DNA of 64,000 bases, from assembly GCF_963921235.1 (NCBI RefSeq), contig NC_086097.1, forward strand, positions 58,094,001-58,158,000, read 5' to 3'. Position 1 is the stretch's first letter. Every line of letters starts with the position of its first letter. Shown in pieces: positions 49,479-61,941 of this stretch. The DNA is from Mobula hypostoma. Lineage: Eukaryota. Below the pieces are notes generated by a model that saw nothing but the letters and a program-made list of their open reading frames with translations, had not been told where the DNA came from and did not search any database. Position numbers and translations under genes: made by a program.

Positions 49479-52400
49479 TGTCCACCGCTCATTGCTGAGC
49501 CCAGGATTTGAGTTCTGTGTGTTGAAATCCTGAGTAAGTGAGCTCTTAGTTTGATTATTCCTTTTTTTTTCTGAGTCTTGAGTTTGCTCCGCACTTGGGT
49601 CTGCTCATCTGAAGTTCATTCCAGCAGGACTCAGCCAGTTAATGGACTCAACCCAGAAGAGACTAATGAACTTTGCACCGCCCTGACAAGAACAAGCATT
49701 AGACAATGTGAGCAGTTTCTCAAAGGGATACTTAGGGCCATAGACTTGTATCATTGCAGAAAAACTCTGAGACTGGTAAGCAGGGTTGTCTCTGGTTTCA
49801 AGCTTTCGCCTGGGTGTTCTACTACATGTTCCCAGAACTAATGTGGAGAGACAAATAACCTGCCATCTCCAGAGCAGTAAAATGGGGTCCCCAAGTCTTG
49901 CCGTGGGTTCTTAAATCAATACTCCTTAGTCTTTGAATTACAACCTGCAAAGTTCTCCTTGAACAGGGGTAAGGTGGCCTATATAATTTCTCTCCTCTCG
50001 GGCAGGGCTCTTTCATGGGCAGTGGCATTATGGGAGAAGGAGGCTCCGTGTGTTCTGATACAAATTTATTTCTAAGAATGATGAGGAAGATATTCTTTCA
50101 TCCAGCAGTGGCACAGAGGCAGTCAGCAGACTCCTCCAGCTACATCAGGGAGTGTGATCCGTGGCCGACTATTCCATTGATTTCCATACCTTAGTGGCAG
50201 AGAGCAGATGGAACAATGAGGCTTTGGTTGCTCTGCTTAGACGAGGACTAAATGAGCAGTTTAAAGATATTCTTGCCACCAGGGACCAGCTGGATGATTT
50301 GAAGAAACCTATTGACATGGTTATAAGAATTAGCAACCATATTTCTGAAAGAAAGAAGGAGAGACGTAGGAAGTTCACCCAGGGGGCCGGTTCTCTGAAC
50401 TAGCCAATACCTATCCCAGTTTCTCCATCTGACAACCAAAAAAGATCCCCGAAGTCATCTCTGGAAGAACCCATACAACTCGGAAGCACCCAAATCTCTC
50501 CAGCAGAGCAAGAGGGTCATATGTGACAGAGCTGTTGCTTATACTATGGTAAGGCTGGCCACTTCCAAGTCACCTGCTATGAGTTGTCGCGAAAACCTCC
50601 AGGACCATCCACTGAGTGGAGAACTGTAATGGCCCCGTCTCGCTCCCATTTCACCAAATCCTGGAGTGTTTTTGTCATCTCAATTATCTTTGGGGAGACA
50701 TAAACATTCTGTGAGAGCCTTGGTAGACTTATTTTGGCAGGGAAATTTTTGAACATCAGACTGGCAGAGAGAATCCAAATTTCTAAGGAATGCCTTAACC
50801 AACCTATCTCTACTGCAGTTCTGGATGGTGGATCGTTGGAACCTGGACAAACCTTTTATCTTTCCGTTGCTCTCAAGTTGACTATTGGAAGGCACGTGGA
50901 GAGGATTTGGTTCCATCTTATTCATTCTCCAGACATTCCCCAAATCCTTGGTTAGCCATATTTTCATCTTCATAATCCTTGGATTAACTGGTCTTCTGGC
51001 ACCATTCAGGGTTGGTCGACCCTCTGCCGGGACAAGTGCCTTCCTGAGGTTCAGGGAGGCCTCCTGGAGGATCAGAGGGGCCTTCCCAAAGTTCTGAGAT
51101 GCTGCCCGAGTTTCCGAGTGACCAGCTGTGAACCATGTCAAATCGTCAGTCGAGTTGCTTCCTGATTCTTCAAGACCGGACTTGAACAAATGGAGTTATC
51201 TAGACTGCCTTCCCAGTGTTCGGATTTGTTGCAGGTGTTCAGCAAGAGAAGAGCCACTATGCTTCCCCACATAGGGACTGCGATTGCACCATCAATTTAC
51301 GACCTGGTACGTGTCCTCCCTGGGGGGAGGCTCTATGCTTTTTCCGCTCCTGAAAGGCAAGTTATGGAGGATTACATTAAGGAGGCTTTGACATCTGGGG
51401 TTATCTGTCCATCCTCTTCACCTGCTGGAGTGGTGTTCTTTTTTGTATTCAAGGGTGGCGGACTCAGGCCATGTATTGATTAAAGAGGTCTAAAGAGAAA
51501 ATTTATTAAGAACCGGTACTCACTTCCTCTAATGAACACAGCTTTTGAGTTATTATAAGGAGCCAAGGTCTCCACTAAACTAGACCTCAGGAATGCCTAC
51601 AGCCTGATCTGGTTCCCAGAGAGAGGTGAAGGGAATATGGCCTTCAGCACTCGCACCGGGCATTATGAGTACCTGTGATGCCATTTGCTTTGATTAACAT
51701 TCCATCAGTCTGTCAGAACTTCATCAACGAAGCACTCAAGGAGTTGCTTAGCCACTTTGTCTTTGTTTATTTGAACAATATTCTTATTTTTTCTCAGTTG
51801 CTTCAGGAACATGTCCACCATGTACAGTATGTTCTTCATCACCTAGTTGAGAACCAACTTTTTGTTAAACTTGAGAAGAGCGAATTTCAGATCTCCAAAG
51901 TTTTGTTTCTGAGTTTGTGATTTCCAATAGGAATTTACAGATGGACCCTGAGAAAACCCACGTGGTATGAAATGGCCACAAGCTGCATCAATCAAACAAC
52001 TCCAATGATTCTTAGGGCTTGCCAGTTTCTATTGGAGCTTCGTTCACAATTTTCAGTGTTATCGGAACTCTGCTTATCAACCTCACCCAGAGATCTACTG
52101 GGCCTTTCCACTGGACTCCAGAGGCAGAGTCTACTTTCTGCGATCTCAAGAACCGACTTACCATGGCACCTGTACTTGGTTCCTGTGATCTGATCTACAT
52201 TTTGTAGTGGAGGTTGACGCCTCCTACACTGGAATTGGAGCTATGCTACCTGAACGAAACATCTCAGACCAGAAGCTACACCCATGTGCCTCATTCACCA
52301 AGTGTCTCTGTCCTGCAGAGATTAATTATGATATCGGCAATAGCCATCAAGTTGGCACTTGAAGAATGGAGGCATTGGATGGAGGGAGCCAAACACCCCT

Positions 52401-54777
52401 CTTTGGTTGGAGCCGATCATAACAAGTCCAACCTGATGGCATGAACAGCGATTCCTCAAACTTACAGCAATTGCCCCCCTCCTTCACTATTCCCATTCCC
52501 ATTTCCCTCTTGCACATCTCCTTACCTGCCCATCATTTCCCTCTGGTGCTCCTCCCCCTTCCCTTTCTTCCATGGTCTTTAACCCTCTCCTATAAGATTC
52601 CCTCTTCTCCAGCCCTTTATCTCTTTCACCAATCAACTTCCCAGCTCTTTACTTCACCCCTCCCCTCTCCCAGTTTCACCTATCACCTACCACGTTGTGC
52701 TTCTTCCTCCCTCCCCTCCCCTGACCTTCTTACTCTGACTTCTCAGTCCTGATGAAGGGTCTTGGTCCAAAACGCTGACTACTTACTCTTTTCCGTAGAT
52801 GCTACCTGGACCGCTGAGTTCCTCCAGCATTTTGTGTGTGTTGCGCTTGGTAGGCATGCTGATCATTACTCTTCAATACATTCAATTTTATTATTACATA
52901 CAGACCTGGTCCCAGGAATCAGAAACCGAACACTCCTTCTTGGCAGTTTAAAATGCCAGATAAGGAGGAAGTCCCAGAGACCTTTCTTCCCAATTCAAGG
53001 CTGGTGACTCCCATTAGAAGAGGGATCAATTTTATGATGCAGAGGGCCCAGGAACAACATGAGGACAATCTTGGCAATGGGCCACCTGGATCACTCTTCA
53101 ACCTTGAGGTGGTTTACACGAAAGTATTCAATTGGGAGCATAACTCCAACATGGTCAGTCACCCGGTAGTTTCACGTACTCCGGAGTTTATAAAGAGGCG
53201 GTTCTGGTGGCCAGACATGACCAAAGATGTCAAAGACTATGGTTTGGCATGCAATGAGTGTGCTCGGAATAATGAATGCAGAGCACTGTCCCAGCAGCTT
53301 TTACAGCCTCTTCCTATTCCCACTTGTCCCTGGTCACATATTTCAATGTATTTTATCATTGGCCTTCTCCTGTCCCGAGGGAATACTGTCATTATGGTTG
53401 TGGTGGACTGGTTCTCGAAGGCTGTCACTTTGTTCCTCTCCCCAGACTACCCATGGTGGCAGAGATGGCCAAGCTGATGTTACAAATTATCTTCTGGTTT
53501 CATGACTTTCTCTGGATATCATTTTAGACTGCGGTCTGCAATTCACTTCCATATTCTGGAAGACCTTCTCATCGGGGCAACTGTTAGTTTGTCTTCAAGA
53601 TTCCACCTGAAAATTAGTGGGCAGACAGAGAGAGTGAACCAGGATTTGGAGAGACCCCTAAGGTGTCTAGTCCAGGGAAATCCATCTTATTTAGGCAGAA
53701 CTCCTGCACAATAACCTTTCTCACTCCTCCATTTGGATGTTTCCTTTCAAATGTCGGTTTGGCCACAGTCTACCACTATTCCTTGAGCAGGAGTCCCAGG
53801 TGGGTGTCCCTGCTGCTGTTAAATTGGTTAAGAGATGCAGGCAGAGACATTCTAAGGCAAGATTGATTTTAATGGCCAACTCTCAACAGCAGCAGCAACA
53901 GGCTAACCATCAAAGATGATCAGGTCCTTCGTGTCAGCACCAGCAGTTTTGGCTTTCCACCTGGAACCTTCCAATGTGGGTGGAATCTCAGAAATTGCCT
54001 CGGAAATACATCAGCCCTTTTAAGATTATGCGAATGATCAAGCCAGTGATTACCTAGAAACTTGTGTATCCATTCCACCTTACATCTCTCTCACCTCAGG
54101 CCTATACTTTCCAGTCCCTTGGCCTCTTCTCCCAAGGGTCCTCCTCCTCCTCATTTTGTCGACAGCAACAAGTTTACACAGTTAGGCTGGACTATTGGAC
54201 TCTTATGTTTATGGCAAGATACAATATCTCATAAACTGGGAGGGCTATGAGCCAGAGGAAAGATGCTGGATAATCTCTCATGACATTCTGGACCCTCGGT
54301 TAATCATGGATTTTTGTAACAGGTTTAGTGATAACTCTGGGCTGTCAGGTGCCAGCCATGGGGGAGGGTCCTGTCAAGAAACCTTTGGATCAACAATGGG
54401 TTGCTGAGTAGTGGTTGGTCTCAGCACACCTGAAAGGTATTTATTGGAGTTTATTAGAATAGTTTAATCACTTTTATCATTAAGCTGTCATTGTTTTTCA
54501 TGTTGCATGCCATATGAATATAGTTTCTTTATGCTTCTTGTTCTTAAGTGATTAGTTTTATATTCTATTTAAGGCTATTCTGAACCAGCGCTCATCGCTG
54601 ATTTCTGGATTCAAGTACTGTGTAAATTACTGTTCTGTGTGTTCAAGTCCTGAGTCAGTGAGCTCTTAGTTTGATTATTCCCTGTATTTTTCTCTGAATA
54701 AATCTTCATCATTAATTTCTACTACCATGTCCTGAGCTTGTTCCGCACCTGGGTCCACTTACCTGAAGATGGTTATA
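49479..54777 (+). mobile_element. Sushi-type chromoviral Ty3/Gypsy provirus, decayed
   Basis: Gag ADYSIDFHTLVAESRWNNEAL...GLNEQFKD; knuckle CLYYGKAGHFQVTC; RT GLRPCID and FVYLNNILIFS; RNase H VEVDAS; integrase FWWPDM...CNEC, PWSHISM and GQTERVNQ; chromodomain [19 protein letters not shown] ggggaggg (54361), then a 3' LTR (54372-54777) that matches the partly deleted 5' LTR (~49479-49625). Confidence 0.93.
52420..52845 (+). mobile_element. Penelope-like 3' end nested in the Gypsy RNase H region
   Basis: tccaacctgatggcatgaac (QPDGMN), a pyrimidine-rich UTR, a mutated hammerhead (52744-52780) and the terminus gagttcctccagcattttgtgtgtg. Confidence 0.85.
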
Positions 54778-57326
54778 GCTGTTGTTGGCAATGGTGCCTG
54801 ACTTTGTTTTGTGGTGCATAATAACATGTAAGCCCTGTCACAGCTGATGGCTGGACTGGGATTTGATTACTCATTGGCACCCTTGATAGTTTTACAGAGG
54901 TCTCGTTTGATTAGAATGCCATAGTCCTAGACTTCTCCTGGTGGATCTCCCAGTTCATCCATAATTTCAGGTTTTGGAATACCCAGATTGTCCTCTTTGG
55001 TTTCCGTCCTCAGAACATTTGCTGATAAAATCCCTAATGGTAGTGACATGCTTGTCTTGACTGGCTGCTGAGTTTTTGAACATGGACCAGCCTATTGACT
55101 CAAAGTAGTCATGTAGAAGTTCATCTGCTTACTCAGATCAGTACATTGTGTCTTGGATCCTGTCATTTCAGCTTCTGTTTGCATGCAGGGAGAAGGAGCA
55201 AAGTATGGTGGTCATGCATAGGAGGTAGTTTGGTAGGCATCTTTAATGGTTGTGTAGCAGTGGTTAAGGGAATCTGGGCCCCTGGTGGGACAGGGAACAT
55301 GCTTGTAGCATTTTAGTAATATGGTCTTGAAATTGGCTTGGTTGAAATCATTTGGACTGATGAAGAGGCCCTCCAGGTATCCCAATTCAAGCTGTTGATT
55401 GTGGAGTATAGTTCAAAGAGTCATTGATCCAGCATGAACTTAACTAAACTTTGTTCATTTATTTTAATTGTGACTTCAGACTGTCAGCTCATAGTTAAAG
55501 AACCTACTTATAGCAAGCACATTGTCAAATTGCTTCTCATTATTTAAAAACTGAAATCACATCTCAACTTCCCTCCTCCTTACCCCCAGCCCACCCCGTA
55601 CCTTCTTAACTGCCATGAAAGTAGAGTTAAAATATTCAAAGTTATTTGAATTTTTTAGAACTAGAATTATCTTTGATACTGCTATCACAGTAATACACCA
55701 ATATTCTTTTGAAAGTATGGGCCCCAAATTGTGCACATTATTCCATCTGAATGATATATTACAACATATTTGAGCGCATGATCTTATAAATGATGTTGCT
55801 GTTTTATCTAGTGATCGTAATGCCATTAGTTTCAAGATAATCATGGAAAAAGATAGGTCTGGTCCTCGGGTTGAGAGTCTAAGTTGGAGAAAGGCCAATT
55901 TTGATGGTATCAGAAAGGATCTGGCAAGTATGCAGGGAGACAGGATGTTTTCTGCCAAAAATGTACTTGGTAAATGGGAGGCCTTAAAAAGTAAAATTTT
56001 GAGAGTACTGAATTTGTATGTTCCTGTCAGAATAAAAGGCAAGGATAATCGTTTTAGGGGAACCTTGGTTTTCAGGAGATACTGAGGCCTTGGTTAAGCA
56101 AAAGAAGATGGGCGTAGCAAGTATTGGAAGTACAAACAAGGTACTTGAGGAGTATAAGATAAAAAAGAAACACGTTAAGAAGGGAATCAGGGGGGCAAAA
56201 AGAAGGCATGAGGTTGTTCTAGCAGACAAGGTAAAGGAGAATCCTAATGGAGCTGAAAGAGATGGGAGAGATCTTAAATGGATTTTTTTGCATTCAGGAG
56301 ATGGACATAGTCTATAGATGTGCAGCAAAGCAGCAGTAAGGTCATGGAACATATACAGATTTCAAGCAAGGAGATATTTTCTGTTTAGAGGAAAATTATG
56401 GTAGATAAATCTCCAGGGCCTTTGGACCCTGAGGAGAAATTGCAGGGGACCTAGCAAGATACTTAAAACATCCTTGGTCACGGGTGAACTGCTGGAGGAT
56501 TGGAGGCTAGCTAATGTTAGTCTGTTGTTTAAGAAAGGCTCTAAGAATAAGCCAAGAAATTATAGGCCAGTGAGCCTGACATCAGTAGTCAGTAAATTAT
56601 TGGAAGGTATTCTAAAGGTCTAGATATATGATATAAATTTGATAGACAGGGAATGATTAGGGATAGTCAACATGGTTTTGTGCATGGTATGTCATGTTTT
56701 ACCAATCTTATTATTTCGGGGATGTTACCAGGAAAGTCGTTGAAGGCAAGGCAGTGGATGTTGTCTACATGGATTTTAGCAAGGCCTTTGACAAGGTCCC
56801 ACTTGGGCGGGTGATCAAGAAAGTCCAGTCACTTGGCATTCAAGTGATTGGATTAGACATTGGTTTTGTGTTAGAAGCCTGAGAGTGGTAGTAGATGGTT
56901 GTCTCTCTGACGGGAGGTCTGCAGGGATGGATGATGTGTCCATTGTTGTTTGTTGTCTATATCGATGATCTGGATAATAATATGGTTAACTGGACCAGCA
57001 AATTTGCAGAAGGCACTAATATTGGGGGTGTAGTGGCCAGCGAGTAAGACTATCAAAGCTTGCAGCGGGATCTAGACCAGTTGAAAAAATGAGCTGAAAA
57101 TGCCAAATGGAATTTAATGCAGACAAATAGGAGGAGTTGCAACTTGGGTGGATGCACTAGGGTATGGCTTACATGGTGAGTGATATGACACTGGGGAGTG
57201 CTGTAGAACAAAGGGATCTGGGAATAAAGATCCATAATTCCTTCAAAGTGGCACCACAGGTAGATGGTGTTGTAAAGAAAGCTTTTGGCACACTGGCCTT
57301 TGTAAATCAATGTATTGAGTACAGGA

Positions 57327-57421
57327 ACACACATCAAAGTTGCTGGTGAACGCAGCAGGCCAAGCAGCATCTATAGGAAGAGGCGCAGTCGACGTTTCAG
57401 GCCGAGACCCTTCGTCAGGAC
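57327..57421 (-). mobile_element. 95-bp Penelope-terminus insertion (hammerhead plus tail)
   Basis: Perfect 16-bp TSD tgtattgagtacagga (57311-57326 / 57422-57437). Nearly identical to ~25534-25628. Confidence 0.95.
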
Positions 57422-57423
57422 TG
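57386..57423 (-). ncRNA. Minimal type I hammerhead ribozyme motif
   Basis: CAGTC CTGACGA AGGGTCTCGGCCT GAAA CG TC GACTG: perfect 5-bp stem I, intact cores and a GUC triplet. Confidence 0.82.
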
Positions 57424-60400
57424 TATTGAGTACAGGAGTTGGAATGTTATGTTGAAATTGTATAAGACGTTGGTGAGGCCTAATTTGGAAAATTGTGTGC
57501 AGTTTTGGTCACCTACCTACAGGAAACATGTAAATAACATTGAAAGAGTGCAGAGAAAATTTACAAGGATGTTTCCAGAACTTGAGGACCTGAGTTATAT
57601 GGAAAGCTTGAATAGGTTTTGACGTTATTCCCTAGAGCGTAGAAGAATGAGGGGAGATTTGATGGAAGAATACGAAATTGAGGGGTATAGACCGGGTTAA
57701 TGCCAGCAGGCTTTTTTCCTCTGAGGTTGTATGAAACTACAACCAGAGATCATGGGTTAAGGGTGAAATGTGAAATGTTTAGAGGGAACATGAAGGGAAA
57801 CCTCTTCACTCAGAGGGTGATGAGATTGTGGAATGAGCAGCCAGTTGAAGTGAAGGACGTGGGTTCGAGTTCCACATTTAAGAGAAATTTGAATAGACGC
57901 ATGGATGAAGTGGTCATGGTAGGTTATGGTCTGGGTGCAGATTGATGGGACTAAGCAGGTTAATAGTTTGGCATGGATTAGATGGGTTGAAGGGCCTAAT
58001 TCTGTGCAGTAGTGTTCTATGTCTCTATGACCCTATCTCAGCAGTTATACAAATAAGTACATTGAACCAGAGTGTTAAAAATACATTTACTAAATTGTGA
58101 TTGTGTGTATTTAATCATGTAAGTTCTCTACATAAGAATAATATATAAAGATATTGACTTCTCTATGGGAAAGTGAACCACAATGATAGTCCTGTTCGTT
58201 CTTTTCAAAATGACAGAAGAAAAATAACAAGAATGATTATTATCAAATTGCATGAGCTCCCTGGAGGATAAACTGTTTTCCCTTCAAAGTTGGGTTTCAT
58301 CTGATAAAATCAAAAAGGCAGCAGAGCATCTGGAATTTCAGCAGAGTCACTACAAAGGCATGTGGGGCCGTTGAGACAGACTTGTTTTTCATTCAGTGAT
58401 GTTGGCCACTCTAGAGAGAAGTAGTCTCCAACCAGATGTTGTAGTTCATGTAAAATAACACACTTCACGTTAGTTGCTGCATTTCCCTTTCCCTGTGATA
58501 ACCTGAATGTGAATGGTGTTGAGAATGCTGTCCAGTGTTAACATTCATATGGCAATATCTGAAAACTCGGGCAGGGGTATTATCTACCTGAGCCAGATTA
58601 CACAGATGTTGATCATTATTACTAGCATAGTTTTGATAACTATTAACAAATACACAAACCATGTTTTGTCATTAACATGACATTGATCAGTTATGGTTGA
58701 AAAGAATTTGTTCTTTATAAATAAACAATAGTATTTTTAATTTCACAAAATTTGTCAACAGCTGCATTATACTTAAAAAAATCATGGTTATTAACATTCC
58801 AAAATTTAAGTTGTGTGAGCTAGTAAAGTGTTTTTGACATGCTTCTTGCACACAAGATCTGGTTTGGGAAGGAGATCATTGCCACTGTTTCAACATTCCT
58901 GTGAACTGTAATGTTAATCCAAAGATAGCTTAGACCACACAGCAGAGAATTCCTTTCCAGTTATTTATAAATCACCCTGTCATGTCTAACTGAAACAATC
59001 AGGCATTCCATCTGTAGGATGTGGATTATTTTGTCAAGCGGACACATATTCAATGGCTGCAGCAGTACATGCCTAGCACTGCCATTTCACATCTTAATAA
59101 ACATAGATCGGTTTTGTCAGACGTAAACAATTTTATAGTTTCCTCTTTTTTTATTGAGTCAGTTTAATGTTTCCTCTGCACCTATTACAGACGAAGTTTG
59201 ACTCTGCCTGCAGTAACTACAATAGTACTGGACCACACCACATTCACTTCCAAGCCTCTTGCATTATGTGAATATGTCTGTCTATAGCGGGGTGAAATTG
59301 CTTCCAGTGATTTCTACTAATTGCTGTAATTTTGTAAAGGCAGACAATTTCACATTATGTTTATAAAATATTTACAACATCGATGCAAGTTGTTGTTGTT
59401 ATTGTAAAATATTTATACCTAATCCCTGCACATAGTTCTTTTTACTGAGTCGCTCAGTTTGCTGCACGCCGGTGGATTCCTTTATGTTGCTGAGCTAATT
59501 GCGCTTATAACAGCTGACACTGATAACAAATCCCTACACATACCTCCGTGTTTATTTCTAGCATTTAAAATGGATAATGTAATGTGCCTTATTAGAAACA
59601 AGGTATACGTAGCATATGTGATTTGGGATAGTTTACAAGATTAAGTTACCTTTTTGTCACAATATATTGATCAGTTATGTGTCTAAAGACTTTGACATTA
59701 ATCAGTTTAATGTTTTCCAGTGCTCCCTGCTGTGCATCTTATTCCAAGCATGGTGAGAATTTTTATTGTTGGATAAATTGCCTAAAATTAATAAAGTGAG
59801 AGCAGGTTTGTGGTACTTCTCTCTAGCCCGTAGGATACTCATTCAGTATTGATATCATATCTTTTTAATAGGCAGGCCACACAGAAGACCTCACCTATAG
59901 CTCTCATTGAAAACTCCAGCTTCACAAAGTAATTTGTGTACAATTGCTGTGGACTCCAGAAAGTATAATCTTAGTTTTAAAGATTATCTTTGAAATAAAT
60001 AAGACTGAAAAAAATTGCAAATGTATGGCAATACAGTTCTTGATTATTTTTCTATGTCACATAAATATATCTTGTATGCAGATCTGCCTTTGAATGACTA
60101 AACTACAGCACTATGTATCTGAACACCAAAAACTGTACCTGCTCTAAATAGAATATTTGGAGACATATATGGTCAAAGTCTTGCTTCATTGGTACCGTTG
60201 AGATCATAATTCAATAACATCAACTCAATAAAATGAGCTTTAGAATAGGTCATTTAAACCCATATTTTAACCTTGTAGGAAAGAAAAGATTGGTATTTGT
60301 GAATAAGGTGAACCCCATGTGGGGAATGGTCAGTAAAATGAATTATCAGTTGCATGTTTCGGCACCTAAGGTAATTGATACAGTTGTATTACCTTATTAA

Positions 60401-60485
60401 TCCTATATACAATTAAATATAAAGTCAAATCCTGACTAAAATACTGTCATAAATCCTGATAAAATACTGTCATAACATAAAAGTC

Positions 60486-60544
60486 TTGTGTTATATTATG
60501 TGAAGGATGTAAGAAATAAAGTCAATTCAATTCAATTCAATTAC
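60486..60544 (+). mobile_element. Extremely 5'-truncated retroposon tail with (caatt)n
   Basis: aataaagt(caatt)4 flanked by the duplication aaaagtc. Confidence 0.55.
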
Positions 60545-61267
60545 AAAAGTCACAAGTTCTATCATGCAGCATAACGTTCTTTTGCAGCACATTTAAATTT
60601 TACCAGGCACTCAACATTGTGCACTGCTGACCTGTGTCTGGGACATGCATAAGCACTGAGTCACCGGTCATGAACCGTATAGTAGAGACAAATGATGTGC
60701 AATGTGCATTTTGACATCATTGGGGAAAAAATGCTCTGCAGACAAGGCTCATAAATGCTTTGCACATTGCAGCAGCCTTTAGCCACATGGATGAACCTAC
60801 AGTATATAATTTAAGGACTGACCTTATCTTATATGCTATCGGGATGTCCACGATATCCATCACCTTTCATAGGTCTTCCTTTATGTTTTCTTAGCATTCT
60901 TTCTAACTCTGATACTGATATCTGCAAGGCCACAGATTACATGTCTGACAAAAATATTTCCTGCCCCTATTACATCCTCAATCCCCTTCCTACCATCACA
61001 TTACAATATGCAGTCTAATTGAGCTCTGCTCCTCTGTTAGGTTTGCTACGGTGTTTGATGATGGAAACCCCAATATACATGCACAATGTGTAAAGGTATT
61101 CTATTGTATACAATGCCTTGGCTCTCAGGCATGGTAGCGTATCACTATTCTAGAGTATTTGCAGAAGATGAGAACAAGCCCCTGTGTATCACTGTTATTT
61201 TTTCTTATACGATGTGTAATTTTTAACCAATTTTTTTAAAAAAAGCTTTAAACTTTAAATTACTTGG

Positions 61268-61925
61268 TGTTATAATTTCAGAGGTCCTGTCCTGGGTCCA
61301 ACACGTAAATGTAATTACAAAGAAAGCACAACAGTGCCTCTACTTCCTTAAGAGTTTGCGAAGATATGTGGTGGAGAGTATATTGGCTGGCTGCATCACA
61401 GCCTGGTATAAAAACACCAATGCCCTTAAATGTAAAGTCCTACAAAAAGTAATGGATACAGCCCAGGCCATCACAGGTAAAGCCGTCCCCACTATTGAGC
61501 ACATCTGCATGGAGCACTGTCACAGGAAAACAGCATTCATCATCAGGGACCATTACTACCCAGGTCATACTCTCTTCTCGCTGCTGCCATCACGAAGAAG
61601 GTACAGGAGCTTCAGGACTTGCACATCCGGGTTCAGGAATAGTATTACACCTCAACCATCAGGCTCCTGAACCAAATGGAATAACCTCACTCAACCCTTC
61701 CCACAACCTATGGACTCACTTTCAAGGACTCTTCATCTCATGTTCTCAATATTTGTTGCTCTGTTTGTCTGTATTTATACATTGGTTGTCTTATGGTGCA
61801 GTCTTTCATTGATTTTATTGTGGTTATTAGATATATTGAATACTTCTGTAAGAAAATGAATCTCAGGGTTGTATATGGTTGCATATATAGGTACTTCGAT
61901 AATAAATTTACTTTGAAATTCAAAG
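61268..61925 (+). mobile_element. Rex1/Babar LINE 3' fragment
   Basis: VESILAGCITAWY...PGHTLFSLLPSRRRYRSFR motif and Rex tail. Confidence 0.85.
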
Positions 61926-61941
61926 TCATAGTGGCTCGAAG

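Larger units (their letters stand above)
55805..58030 (+). mobile_element. Decayed CR1 ORF2 through the 3' end
   Basis: WRKANFDGIRKDL, VDVVYMDFSKAFDKVP and FTQRVMRLWN motifs; tail ctatgtctctatga. Confidence 0.9.

Noticed and set aside
50161-54407. PEG10/RTL1-like domesticated gene
   Set aside because: Multiple stops and frameshifts, YLDD mutated to YLNN, LTRs present and a nested insertion.
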